Source: a virus
Lineage: Duplodnaviria > Caudoviricetes
DNA length: 58,613 nucleotides
IMG/VR virus record: IMGVR_UViG_3300030102_005973
Coordinates: 1-58,613 of that record
Reading direction: 5' to 3' (one strand)
Shown here: positions 47,312-55,215 of the stretch, piece by piece
How the letters are laid out: each line of letters opens with the position of its first letter
Position numbering within the stretch: position 1 is the first letter of the stretch
The notes under the pieces: generated by a model
What the model saw: the letters and a program-made list of their open reading frames with translations, nothing else
Database searches by the model: none
What the model was told of the DNA's origin: nothing
Translations under genes and position numbers: made by a program

Positions 47312-48900
47312 TGGCTATCATATGTACGCGCCATAGTTACAATGGCGTTGGTTGATAATATTGAAACTGCCACAGATACAGCATTTTGAAGGGCAGTACG
47401 TGTAACTTTAAGCGGGTCTATAATTCCCATCTCAATCATATCGCCGGTTTTCCCAGTTTTTACATCAAGCCCGTGGCCTGTTTTATCTAAGAAATCAGGC
47501 GAAAAATCACTTCCAGCGTTTTGCAGTATCTGAGTCATAGGCGCTTGCAGCGCCTCCATCATGATCGCGTAAGCGATCGATTTTTTATTTTGATATTTTA
47601 TATCCTCAGCGGCCTCCCATAGTGCAAGCCCACCACCTGGCAGGATACCCTCAAGTAGTGCTGAACGAACCGCGCATACCGCATCATCAACCCGATCATA
47701 TAGCTCTTTCTGTTCTAGGTCAGTGTTACCACCTACGTTTATTACACCTATTCCACCGGTTAGTGACGCTATTCTAGACATAATAAAATCTTTGTCAGCC
47801 TTTTTAGTAGTTATCTTATGTGCATCCCACAGTTCTTCAACTCTTTTGTCAATGTCATCTTGACGAACTTTGTCCTCATTTTTTAGAATTATAGTGCTAT
47901 CTTTCCCCACTATTACCTTTGATGCTCTACCGAGATCTTTGAAAGTCATAAGACTTAGGTCATCACCTGTACTTTCAGAAAAATAAGTAGCACCTACCGA
48001 AAGAGCGATGTCATGCATCAGCTCGTGGCGTTTGTAACCAAAATTGGGAGGTATAATGGTACAAAGTTTCAGATTGTTCTTCATGACGTTTGCCGCCAAC
48101 GTGTTTGTTACGTTTTGAGAACACGGTGCTACTATTAATAGTTTTTTGTTCTCAGCGATTATTGGCTTTAGAACATTCTCAATCGATAGAATATTATTTA
48201 TATCAGAGTCAGATACCAAGACATAGGCGTCCTCAAGTATACACTCATCCTTTTTGTGGTTGTTTATAAACAGGTGGCTTGAGTATCCGCGATCAACTTT
48301 TATACCCTGGGTAGTCTCAAATGTGGTATCAGAAGTTTGGCTTTTCTCAACCGTTACAATACCGTTCTTGCCAACTGACTTGTAAGTGTCCGCTATAATT
48401 TTCCCTATCTCACTGTCATTGTTTGATGATATGGTCGCCACATCCAAAAGCTTCTTCTCACTTACAGGCTTTGACTTTTTACGAAGTTTGTCAACCACCT
48501 TCTCAGTGACTTTGACTAGCTCTCTCAATATCTCAGTCTTGTTATCTTTTGGCCCGATCATCTGAGTACCATGATCGACAAGTGCCCTGGTAAGTACAAT
48601 AGCTGTTGTGGTGCCATCACCCGCAATACTAGCGGTTCGCTCCGCAGCCTCCTTCATCATTTGCACCGACAGGTTCTCAACTGGATCAAGAAGCTGGATG
48701 CTTTTAGCTACTGTTACACCGTCTTTGGTAACAGTAATCCCATGGGTGTGATTAGGTGACTCAATCAAAACAGTATTTCCCATTGGACCTAATGTACTGC
48801 CAACTGCGCTTGCTAATTTATTTATACCTGATGTAAGTTTGTCTCTGCCGTCTTTGCCAAAGTGCAGATCCTTTGGTGAATATCCTCCCGTTTCATTCAT
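47308..48900 (-). CDS. groEL: Chaperonin GroEL
   Basis: TLGP.G, TKDGVTVA, GDGTTT, DR.DDA, GI.PGGG, GIIDP.KV motifs. Confidence 0.95.
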   Translation of the reverse strand: MNETGGYSPKDLHFGKDGRDKLTSGINKLASAVGSTLGPMGNTVLIESPNHTHGITVTKDGVTVAKSIQLLDPVENLSVQMMKEAAERTASIAGDGTTTAIVLTRALVDHGTQMIGPKDNKTEILRELVKVTEKVVDKLRKKSKPVSEKKLLDVATISSNNDSEIGKIIADTYKSVGKNGIVTVEKSQTSDTTFETTQGIKVDRGYSSHLFINNHKKDECILEDAYVLVSDSDINNILSIENVLKPIIAENKKLLIVAPCSQNVTNTLAANVMKNNLKLCTIIPPNFGYKRHELMHDIALSVGATYFSESTGDDLSLMTFKDLGRASKVIVGKDSTIILKNEDKVRQDDIDKRVEELWDAHKITTKKADKDFIMSRIASLTGGIGVINVGGNTDLEQKELYDRVDDAVCAVRSALLEGILPGGGLALWEAAEDIKYQNKKSIAYAIMMEALQAPMTQILQNAGSDFSPDFLDKTGHGLDVKTGKTGDMIEMGIIDPLKVTRTALQNAVSVAVSILSTNAIVTMARTYDSQ

Positions 48901-48930
48901 AAAATTTAATTTGATTAGATTAGATTACCA

Positions 48931-48938
48931 CAAATATA
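48931..48938 (-). promoter_or_regulatory. -7 promoter element TATATTTG for groEL
   Basis: TAnnTTTG match. Confidence 0.6.
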
Positions 48939-48960
48939 AAAACTAAGTTGAGATTTTGCA

Positions 48961-49140
48961 AATGACAAAAATGTTGGTTTCTATCCGCTATACTTGATAT
49001 ATATATTTTCTTATTTTATTTATATTTTACTTTTCTCACGCGAGGATAATTAACATTTTCAACACTAACATTGATAATCAGTAAGTTAGATATAAAAAAA
49101 CAACACGTATTCAACACTGTTTGTGTTAATTATCAACACA
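48961..49140. other. Origin-like element A
   Basis: AAAATGTT (48968) and AACATTTT (49052) inverted repeat around an AT-rich core, plus several CAACAC repeats. Confidence 0.4.
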
Positions 49141-49254
49141 ACTACCTGTTTTGCCAATCAATAAACCAAATGAAAAAAATTATGATTAAGGTGATGTAAT
49201 AATCTTCTAGATGAAAATCCATATTTTCGACACTTTAGTGTTAATTTATGTAAC

Positions 49255-49282
49255 AAAAAAAAGGCTACAATTAAGTAGCCTC
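49255..49282 (-). terminator. Rho-independent terminator
   Basis: AGGCTAC/GTAGCCT stem plus T run on the - strand. Confidence 0.7.
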
Positions 49283-49312
49283 TTTCTCAAGATAATTAAC
49301 CAACTAAAAAAA

Positions 49313-49531
49313 TTATCCAAACAAATCTCTTATTTCATCACGCATCTTTGCGCGCTCGATACCATCAGATATCATTTGTACTGCCTGATCTTGCTTCATC
49401 CTCTTCTTCGTTACAGCAGCCATCTCCAATCCAGTCATCGCATTTGGACGATCATTAATTAATCTTCCATTCATAACATATAGTCCCTCGACCATGTCAC
49501 TCTTTTTTCTGTCTCTACTTAATTTTTTCAT
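49313..49531 (-). CDS. Hypothetical protein
   Basis: ORF track; followed by a terminator. Confidence 0.6.
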   Translation of the reverse strand: MKKLSRDRKKSDMVEGLYVMNGRLINDRPNAMTGLEMAAVTKKRMKQDQAVQMISDGIERAKMRDEIRDLFG

Positions 49532-49670
49532 AACCTTTTATTGTTATACTTATTAATCCAATATAAATAACTAGCTCTGACCAGTTGTGATACTTATCCC
49601 TTTCGAAATACGACCAGCCTAAAGCAAATCCTACTCTGAGCCTGTTGTATAATTCTAGAGTATAAGTCAT
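49515..49670 (-). CDS. 51-aa hypothetical protein, first gene of the - strand arm
   Basis: Hand translation MTYTLELYNRLRVGFALGWSYF...; -7 element just upstream. Confidence 0.55.
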   Translation of the reverse strand: MTYTLELYNRLRVGFALGWSYFERDKYHNWSELVIYIGLISITIKGYEKIK

Positions 49671-49675
49671 TACCC

Positions 49676-49683
49676 CAAAGATA
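49676..49683 (-). promoter_or_regulatory. -7 promoter element TATCTTTG (near-leaderless transcript)
   Basis: TAnnTTTG match 5 nt before the ATG at 49670. Confidence 0.6.
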
Positions 49684-50062
49684 CAAATTATTTAGATACA
49701 CGGAACCATTGTATTATACTACGTGTGTCAGGCAAACTGCACAAAAAAAAACTCAAAATTTTTTCGGGGGGTGGGGGTCGCATTGCGTCTCGCATCTCAG
49801 ATTTTTTGTCGTTTTATCTGCAACCTTCCCCTGCCAACCAAGGGTCGACCAGTACAGGATCAAACGTTTTACGTTTATTCCTCGCAAAGTTTAAGAAAAA
49901 ACGAACGCTCACTTCGTTCGCGTAATCCCTCCAGAAAGCAAATCAAAGTCTAATTAAAATAGGAAAAATCGAATCAAGGGATCCCTTGTTCCCTCCGTAG
50001 GGGATCCCATGTTCAGATTGGGAACAAAAACTATCCCCAACAAACAAATATTTTCATGAGCA

Positions 50063-50097
50063 TTTGATGATATTCTCATTATTATTTCATATATTTA
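50063..50097 (+). promoter_or_regulatory. Putative early promoter (TTTG ... TATATTTA)
   Basis: -33-like TTTG at 50063 and -7-like TATATTTA at 50090-50097, before the first + strand gene. Confidence 0.5.
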
Positions 50098-50101
50098 CAC
50101 C

Positions 50102-50491
50102 ATGAGAGACAAACAACATACTGAAATCAAACGTAACTCACTCACTCTCAGTGAGTTACCTAACTTAAACCCTATAAAAATGAAAGCAAAGTATTACTAC
50201 ATTGATTATTCAAGTGAAACCAAAACTTATGACGTCATAGATTGTACTGATCCAGTTGACCAACCAATTGTTGGAAGTTTTGCTTATGAGGAAAATGCAA
50301 TCAAATTCCACCAAAAATTAAGACGCAATGAAGTATGGAAAAGAATGATATCAAAGATGTCAACAGAAGAAATTCAAACAAGATGCATTTTAGTTACAGC
50401 GTCACAAAAACAAGGTTTAGGTGATTCGGAAGAAAACGATACTTTTTACAATTTGTTAAATCACGAATATCACCTTAGACTTGAAGATTAA
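50102..50491 (+). CDS. Early hypothetical protein (start may be MKAKYY at 50180)
   Basis: ORF track; its stop codon lies inside hammerhead stem I. Confidence 0.55.
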   Translation: MRDKQHTEIKRNSLTLSELPNLNPIKMKAKYYYIDYSSETKTYDVIDCTDPVDQPIVGSFAYEENAIKFHQKLRRNEVWKRMISKMSTEEIQTRCILVTASQKQGLGDSEENDTFYNLLNHEYHLRLED

Positions 50492-50539
50492 CTGATGAGG
50501 ATTCAATATCCGAAACTATCCGAAAGGATAGTCTTAATC
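50486..50539 (+). ncRNA. Hammerhead ribozyme, type I
   Basis: Stem I GATTAA/TTAATC; CTGATGA; stem II GGAT/ATCC; GAAA; stem III CTATCC-GAAA-GGATAG; GTC cleavage triplet at 50531-50533. Confidence 0.9.
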
Positions 50540-50556
50540 AACAAAAATTATTAATT

Positions 50557-51510
50557 ATGAATAATCAAGACAAAATTTACAAAAAGGTAAATGACATCGT
50601 CCTAAAGGGACTGAAAAAAGACGGAATGAAATGGTTCATGCCATGGAAATCGGGTGATGAAAATCAACCCATGAATTATAACTACAAAACCTACTATCGT
50701 GGTTTCAATGTGTTTATGCTTAACGCAGTTATGATGGAGCAAGGATACGAGCATAACCAATGGATCACACTAAAGAAATGTAAAGAGATTGGTGGATCGA
50801 TCAAGGATGGTCAGTTTGGCAAAACTACTGATGTGTTCAAATGGAACGTAGGTTATTATGATATCAAGAAAAAATGCTATGTGCCAACCAAGGATTATAA
50901 GAAGATCAATAAATCAGAGGAAATTGTAATTGATGGTAAAATCCAAAAACGTTACAGAACTACATTCTCTATTAGATATTGGCAAGTCTATAACATTGGG
51001 CAATGCAATGGCATTGAGCCAATCGTATTTGATCAGTCTGAGATCACCAAGGTGAATGAGCCAATCAAGGATGCTGATGATCTTGCGAAAAGCTATGTAG
51101 ATCGAGATGGTAAGCTAAGACTTGAACATCTACGTGATGGTGCATTTTACAATGTAGCTAAAGACATGGTCAATATGCCTAAACTTGAAACGTTTGTGGA
51201 CTCTGATTCGTACTACAAAGTGCTTTTCCATGAGCTAGCCCATTCAACTGGACACAATGATCGAATGGATCGTAAAAGTCTTACAGAAGTCTCCTATTGG
51301 GGTGATAACACCTATGCCAAGGAGGAACTGGTCGCTGAGATATCTGCGATGTACATCTCAGGGATGTTGGGACTTGATCCGAAAGACTCTGATCAGAATA
51401 GTGTGGCCTATATCAAAGGATGGTGTAAACACCTAAGCGATAAGCCGAAAGAATGCCTATACGCCATGCAACAAGCTACCAAAGTGGTTGCCTACATCCA
51501 AGGTAAATAA
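50557..51510 (+). CDS. ardC: ArdC-like antirestriction protein (ssDNA-binding domain plus zincin-like domain)
   Basis: W..PW, Y.G.N...L, W.T...., HELAHSTGH, YAKEELVAE, S.AYI.GW motifs. Confidence 0.85.
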   Translation: MNNQDKIYKKVNDIVLKGLKKDGMKWFMPWKSGDENQPMNYNYKTYYRGFNVFMLNAVMMEQGYEHNQWITLKKCKEIGGSIKDGQFGKTTDVFKWNVGYYDIKKKCYVPTKDYKKINKSEEIVIDGKIQKRYRTTFSIRYWQVYNIGQCNGIEPIVFDQSEITKVNEPIKDADDLAKSYVDRDGKLRLEHLRDGAFYNVAKDMVNMPKLETFVDSDSYYKVLFHELAHSTGHNDRMDRKSLTEVSYWGDNTYAKEELVAEISAMYISGMLGLDPKDSDQNSVAYIKGWCKHLSDKPKECLYAMQQATKVVAYIQGK

Positions 51511-51554
51511 ATCCGGGATTGGATCATGGAGGGGATCGTTTCCCCTCCCCGGAT
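51511..51554 (+). ncRNA. tRNA-like minihelix (acceptor-like stem plus T-arm-like hairpin)
   Basis: ATCCGGG/CCCGGAT closing stem stacked on GAGGGG-ATCGTTT-CCCCTC. Confidence 0.45.
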
Positions 51555-51597
51555 CGACAATATTGTCATTAACTAACAACAAAAATTATTAATTATT

Positions 51598-52083
51598 ATG
51601 AAAATCAATTTTATTAAGTATGAACATTCCCACGGTGGTAGGGAAAAGTATTTTCCAGTCGGTAAGAAGAAAGATGGAGTTGGCGATTGTGTAATAAGAG
51701 CAGTCGCACTATCATTGGAAATGGATTACATGGAGGCTTTTAAAGATTTAATGGATGTCGCAGTTGAGAAAGGGATTCCTTACGCTAATAGTCAAAGGGT
51801 TTATGAGTCTTACCTAGATAACAAAGGATGGACTAAAAAATCCTTGAAACAAGGTAAGAGTTGGTTACCAATGTGGAAACATAAAAGGTTTTTAGATGTT
51901 AACAAAAACTATATTTTTTATGTTAGAGTTGGATTTAGGACACATCTTACATCAGTTGTAAAGGGTATTAATAAAGACACATGGTTATGTCAAGAAAGCA
52001 TGGCATATGCAATGTATGAAAGTCCATGTTTAAAGGGTCATCCTGAAACGCTTGATTGCGAATGTAAAAACGAGAGATCATGA
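51598..52083 (+). CDS. Early protein with GDCVIRA motif
   Basis: DC..RA...H....G...DTW pattern, possibly a Cys/His peptidase-like fold. Confidence 0.55.
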   Translation: MKINFIKYEHSHGGREKYFPVGKKKDGVGDCVIRAVALSLEMDYMEAFKDLMDVAVEKGIPYANSQRVYESYLDNKGWTKKSLKQGKSWLPMWKHKRFLDVNKNYIFYVRVGFRTHLTSVVKGINKDTWLCQESMAYAMYESPCLKGHPETLDCECKNERS

Positions 52084-52328
52084 AACAGAGACTATTGAAA
52101 TTTATTTGGAACACCTTGTCTAAAATGGACAAGGGAAGGATATGGGATTATGAATCTGCACCATATTGTGGTCATCATCATCAGGGATTTGAAAACAAGT
52201 ACATCTCAGAAAGCTATCTCGAAGGTGAAGGTGGAGGATTCTCAAAAGTCTCATTGTTGGGTTACATCATTGAGATGGACAATGTCTTCCAGTCGGGAAC
52301 AATGTATCATTTAGTTAAAAAGAAGTAA
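52080..52328 (+). CDS. Early hypothetical protein
   Basis: ATGA-coupled to the upstream gene. Confidence 0.55.
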   Translation: MKQRLLKFIWNTLSKMDKGRIWDYESAPYCGHHHQGFENKYISESYLEGEGGGFSKVSLLGYIIEMDNVFQSGTMYHLVKKK

Positions 52329-52355
52329 CCGATGTCAGGGAGGAGTAATCCTCCC

Positions 52356-52406
52356 TCTGTCGATAGGTGTGTGCCTATCCTGATGAGATCAAAAGGTCGA
52401 AACAGA
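52356..52406 (+). ncRNA. Hammerhead ribozyme, type III
   Basis: Stem III TCTGT/ACAGA; GTC triplet at 52359-52361; stem I GATAGGT-GTGT-GCCTATC; CTGATGA; stem II GATC-AAAA-GGTC; GAAA. Confidence 0.9.
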
Positions 52407-52428
52407 TTATTAACTAACAACAAAAATT

Positions 52429-52710
52429 ATGTTACATTCAAAATTCAGTTTATCATTTGATACAGATAATCAGATGGTATCGATTTACATTGGCTATGAA
52501 GATAAGTATGGAAAATCTTTCATTGCACCAACCTTTCATTTCAATGACTATGGTAAATTAATTATTCCTCCCAACACCGAGAGAGGATACAACAGGTCAA
52601 CCTTTAGCTATTTAGCAAGACACGTAAAAACTAAGGTAGCTGATTTCAAAAAACATATTGAAGATGAATATCTTCAAGAACTGATTATTAAGTTAGAACA
52701 ACAGATATGA
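52429..52710 (+). CDS. Early hypothetical protein
   Basis: Follows the shared leader. Confidence 0.6.
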   Translation: MLHSKFSLSFDTDNQMVSIYIGYEDKYGKSFIAPTFHFNDYGKLIIPPNTERGYNRSTFSYLARHVKTKVADFKKHIEDEYLQELIIKLEQQI

Positions 52711-52949
52711 AAACAATCGTAGACACAAAAGTGATTGAAAAAGCTATCTCCTATAAAGGGGATAGCTATATGGTATGGGAGTATACCAATGACAAGAGGA
52801 ACAAAGAGATAGCGATCATGGATTCGACAGGATATGATGTAAGTCTAATGACCAAAGTCATCGAGGATGGCGATGTGGAAACGGAGGTACATTTACATTG
52901 TCCTGATCCTGAAGAATACATACATGAACAATTTATAAACTTTAAATAA
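52707..52949 (+). CDS. Early hypothetical protein
   Basis: ATGA-coupled. Confidence 0.55.
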   Translation: MKTIVDTKVIEKAISYKGDSYMVWEYTNDKRNKEIAIMDSTGYDVSLMTKVIEDGDVETEVHLHCPDPEEYIHEQFINFK

Positions 52950-52950
52950 A

Positions 52951-53118
52951 ATGAAAGAAATAGAATTAGCGTTAAAATGGTTTGAAATGAATGACATTTC
53001 AGCATACATTACAGATAAAAATTTATATGTGGAAGTAAACCATGACACAACTATTCATATATCAAATGCTGAAATAAGTTATCGAGCAGGCTTGTATAAA
53101 ATACACTATGAAAATTAA
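52951..53118 (+). CDS. 55-aa early hypothetical protein
   Basis: Hand translation MKEIELALKWFEMNDISAY...; fills the gap between neighbours. Confidence 0.5.
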   Translation: MKEIELALKWFEMNDISAYITDKNLYVEVNHDTTIHISNAEISYRAGLYKIHYEN

Positions 53119-53296
53119 TTTAAAAATGAAAAACAATAACAACACTCCTGATGAGAATATCAGGGAAGAAAACGAAGAAAACAACTCAAAAATTGTATGG
53201 TATGATTTGTTTGTAGACTTTGTCTATGCAAAGAATCCAAGGATTTACAACGATGCGTGTGAGTACGCTGATGAGCAGATTAATATGTTTAAATAA
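53108..53296 (+). CDS. Early hypothetical protein
   Basis: ORF track. Confidence 0.5.
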   Translation: MKINLKMKNNNNTPDENIREENEENNSKIVWYDLFVDFVYAKNPRIYNDACEYADEQINMFK

Positions 53297-53303
53297 TAAT
53301 TTT

Positions 53304-53522
53304 ATGACTTTAATAGAATTACAAGAACTTGGGGAGTCGGGGGATCAAATCCTTCAACTCCTAAATGAAATCAAAACACTATCTTTGAAAGAGATCAAAG
53401 GTGAGGATTGGGATTTAGATTATATCGAAGATCAAGATGATAAGGAAGATTACCTCTCTGATACCTTTGATATGATAATCCAACTATTACCTAAACTAAA
53501 AGCAAAAGAGTATGTGTATTGA
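53304..53522 (+). CDS. Acidic early protein
   Basis: Likely start MTLIELQ; D/E-rich. Confidence 0.5.
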   Translation: MTLIELQELGESGDQILQLLNEIKTLSLKEIKGEDWDLDYIEDQDDKEDYLSDTFDMIIQLLPKLKAKEYVY

Positions 53523-53582
53523 TAAAGATTGGTATACCATAGACAAGGATGGCAATCCTATCTATATTCATCCAAGAGCCAT

Positions 53583-53846
53583 ATGAGACTTGTAGAAAGT
53601 TTTGGAGTCCGAAATGGCTATTGTAATGAACGCCATGTAGCTTTTATTATCTTTACTCTTTATAAACGAAGGGGAGGAGTTTATCTTGACATCTTTGTTG
53701 AGTCAACGATTGATGAAAAAGGCATTTGTAATATCACGCTCAGAGAGGATGGTACAAACAACTACCTGAACATTGAACACATCAACAAATATGATCTTTA
53801 TGAACTTATAATAAAAGAACTAAATAAAGAGACATGGTACAATTAA
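53583..53846 (+). CDS. Early hypothetical protein
   Basis: Likely start MRLVESF inside the track ORF 53529-53846. Confidence 0.5.
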   Translation: MRLVESFGVRNGYCNERHVAFIIFTLYKRRGGVYLDIFVESTIDEKGICNITLREDGTNNYLNIEHINKYDLYELIIKELNKETWYN

Positions 53847-54085
53847 TTCAACAATTCAAAGAGTACAGAAGTGAAAGAAAAGCTGAAAGAGATAAGAAAA
53901 ATAAACTTTGGAAACAACTTATCTCTTATGACAACAAATGCCGTAGATTAAGGTTACAACTTGCCAAAGCCAATGTAAAGGCAGACACCAGAGATGACTA
54001 CCAGATCAACGAGCATAAGGTTAAGCAGTTAATATTCTTTAGCTTACAACAACTTAAAATTAGAAACAAATTAAATTATGATTAA
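53834..54085 (+). CDS. Early hypothetical basic protein
   Basis: ORF track. Confidence 0.5.
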   Translation: MVQLIQQFKEYRSERKAERDKKNKLWKQLISYDNKCRRLRLQLAKANVKADTRDDYQINEHKVKQLIFFSLQQLKIRNKLNYD

Positions 54086-54221
54086 AATAGTAGACCCATG
54101 TGTGTCCAATCCTAATGACATTGGATACCTAAAGCAGAGCAACGCAACTTTAAGATTAAAACTTTTCGATACAAGAAAAAAACTTAATTTAGCCAAAGAA
54201 AGGCTCCGCAAAAGAAATTAA
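54078..54221 (+). CDS. 47-aa hypothetical protein
   Basis: Hand translation; precedes a terminator. Confidence 0.45.
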   Translation: MIKIVDPCVSNPNDIGYLKQSNATLRLKLFDTRKKLNLAKERLRKRN

Positions 54222-54253
54222 AAAAACTATTTTTAGTTTTTGTTGTTTGTTGA

Positions 54254-54283
54254 GGGAGGGGCAGAAATGTTCCTCCTTTTTTT
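54254..54283 (+). terminator. Rho-independent terminator of the early operon
   Basis: GGAGGGGCA-GAAA-TGTTCCTCC plus T run. Confidence 0.8.
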
Positions 54284-54366
54284 ATTTTTATTTACCCAAA
54301 AAAAAATTGCATTCATCAAATATTTATAATACTTTTATATAAATTTAATTAAAATCTAATTTTTTT

Positions 54367-54540
54367 ATGACATTAACCAACGACCCAAACTTTGACAAAT
54401 TCGTCGACGACGAATATCAATCCAAACAATTCATTCAAAAGGCAGAACGTGATCGAAGGCAAAAGCCTATTCTTACTATTGGTAAAGCCATTAGTGAGGA
54501 TAAGAACGTTCATCCTTTATTTAAAAATCTTTTCAAATGA
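54367..54540 (+). CDS. 57-aa hypothetical protein
   Basis: Hand translation; ATGA overlap with the next gene. Confidence 0.5.
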   Translation: MTLTNDPNFDKFVDDEYQSKQFIQKAERDRRQKPILTIGKAISEDKNVHPLFKNLFK

Positions 54541-54836
54541 AACAATATATTATAGATCAGTTTGTTGAAAACATAATTCAGCATACTGGTTTTACTCGTG
54601 AGCAACTATTTGCCAATAGTCGTAAAAGTGATGTTTCTGATGCAAGAAAATTTCTTTTTCGTTTGTGCAAGGATAGAGGCATATCAAATAAAGCTATTGA
54701 AAACTACATGGCTGAGAATGGGTATGTGTGTTATTCTAATACAATACCACAAGCCATAGCCAAATTAGATGAGCAGATAGCCAACGATCCTGACTACGAG
54801 GTTATTCTTCAAAAATTATCTAACGTTGAAGCCTAA
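54537..54836 (+). CDS. DnaA C-terminal-like (TrpR-like) HTH protein
   Basis: L...SRK..V..AR....LC pattern. Confidence 0.6.
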   Translation: MKQYIIDQFVENIIQHTGFTREQLFANSRKSDVSDARKFLFRLCKDRGISNKAIENYMAENGYVCYSNTIPQAIAKLDEQIANDPDYEVILQKLSNVEA

Positions 54837-55215
54837 TTTGGAGAATATATTTAACCAAGCAAAGGCTGATCCATCATCTACTAATCTTGATGGCAAAGGT
54901 TATCAATCAAGAATGATGCATGGGGTACAGATAATAAGAGATGATCAATCAGAAGAGATTAAAATATTCAACCCAAGGGGTAAAGATTATTACGAAGAAC
55001 TTACTACCTCTGAGTACGCTTACTTTAATGAAGGATGGCGAAAAGGGGTGTTTAATTTAGTCTTGGAGGTTTATCGTAAACGTTTAGATGTGATTGAAAA
55101 AAAGATTCCTCAGTTACTTAATAACCAAAAAAGTCTACTGGCACTCAAAGAAAGGCGAACGGGATTATTAAAAAAGTATTATAAAATAACTCAAAAACTC
55201 AACCAACTATTATGA
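54826..55215 (+). CDS. Hypothetical protein
   Basis: ORF track; coupled. Confidence 0.55.
   Translation: MKPNLENIFNQAKADPSSTNLDGKGYQSRMMHGVQIIRDDQSEEIKIFNPRGKDYYEELTTSEYAYFNEGWRKGVFNLVLEVYRKRLDVIEKKIPQLLNNQKSLLALKERRTGLLKKYYKITQKLNQLL

Noticed and set aside
49709-49953. Three overlapping short + strand ORFs
   Set aside because: Low-complexity boundary sequence, mutually overlapping, and upstream of the first credible promoter.
51074-51095. CTGATGA...GAAA inside ardC
   Set aside because: No adequate stem II and no stem I or III partners; explained by coding sequence.
51511-51567. Bona fide tRNA gene
   Set aside because: Too short, with no anticodon arm or CCA; kept only as a tRNA-like element.
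53148-53175. CTGATGA resembling a third hammerhead core
   Set aside because: Forms only a simple CCTGAT/ATCAGG hairpin inside a CDS; no stem II-GAAA-stem III arrangement.
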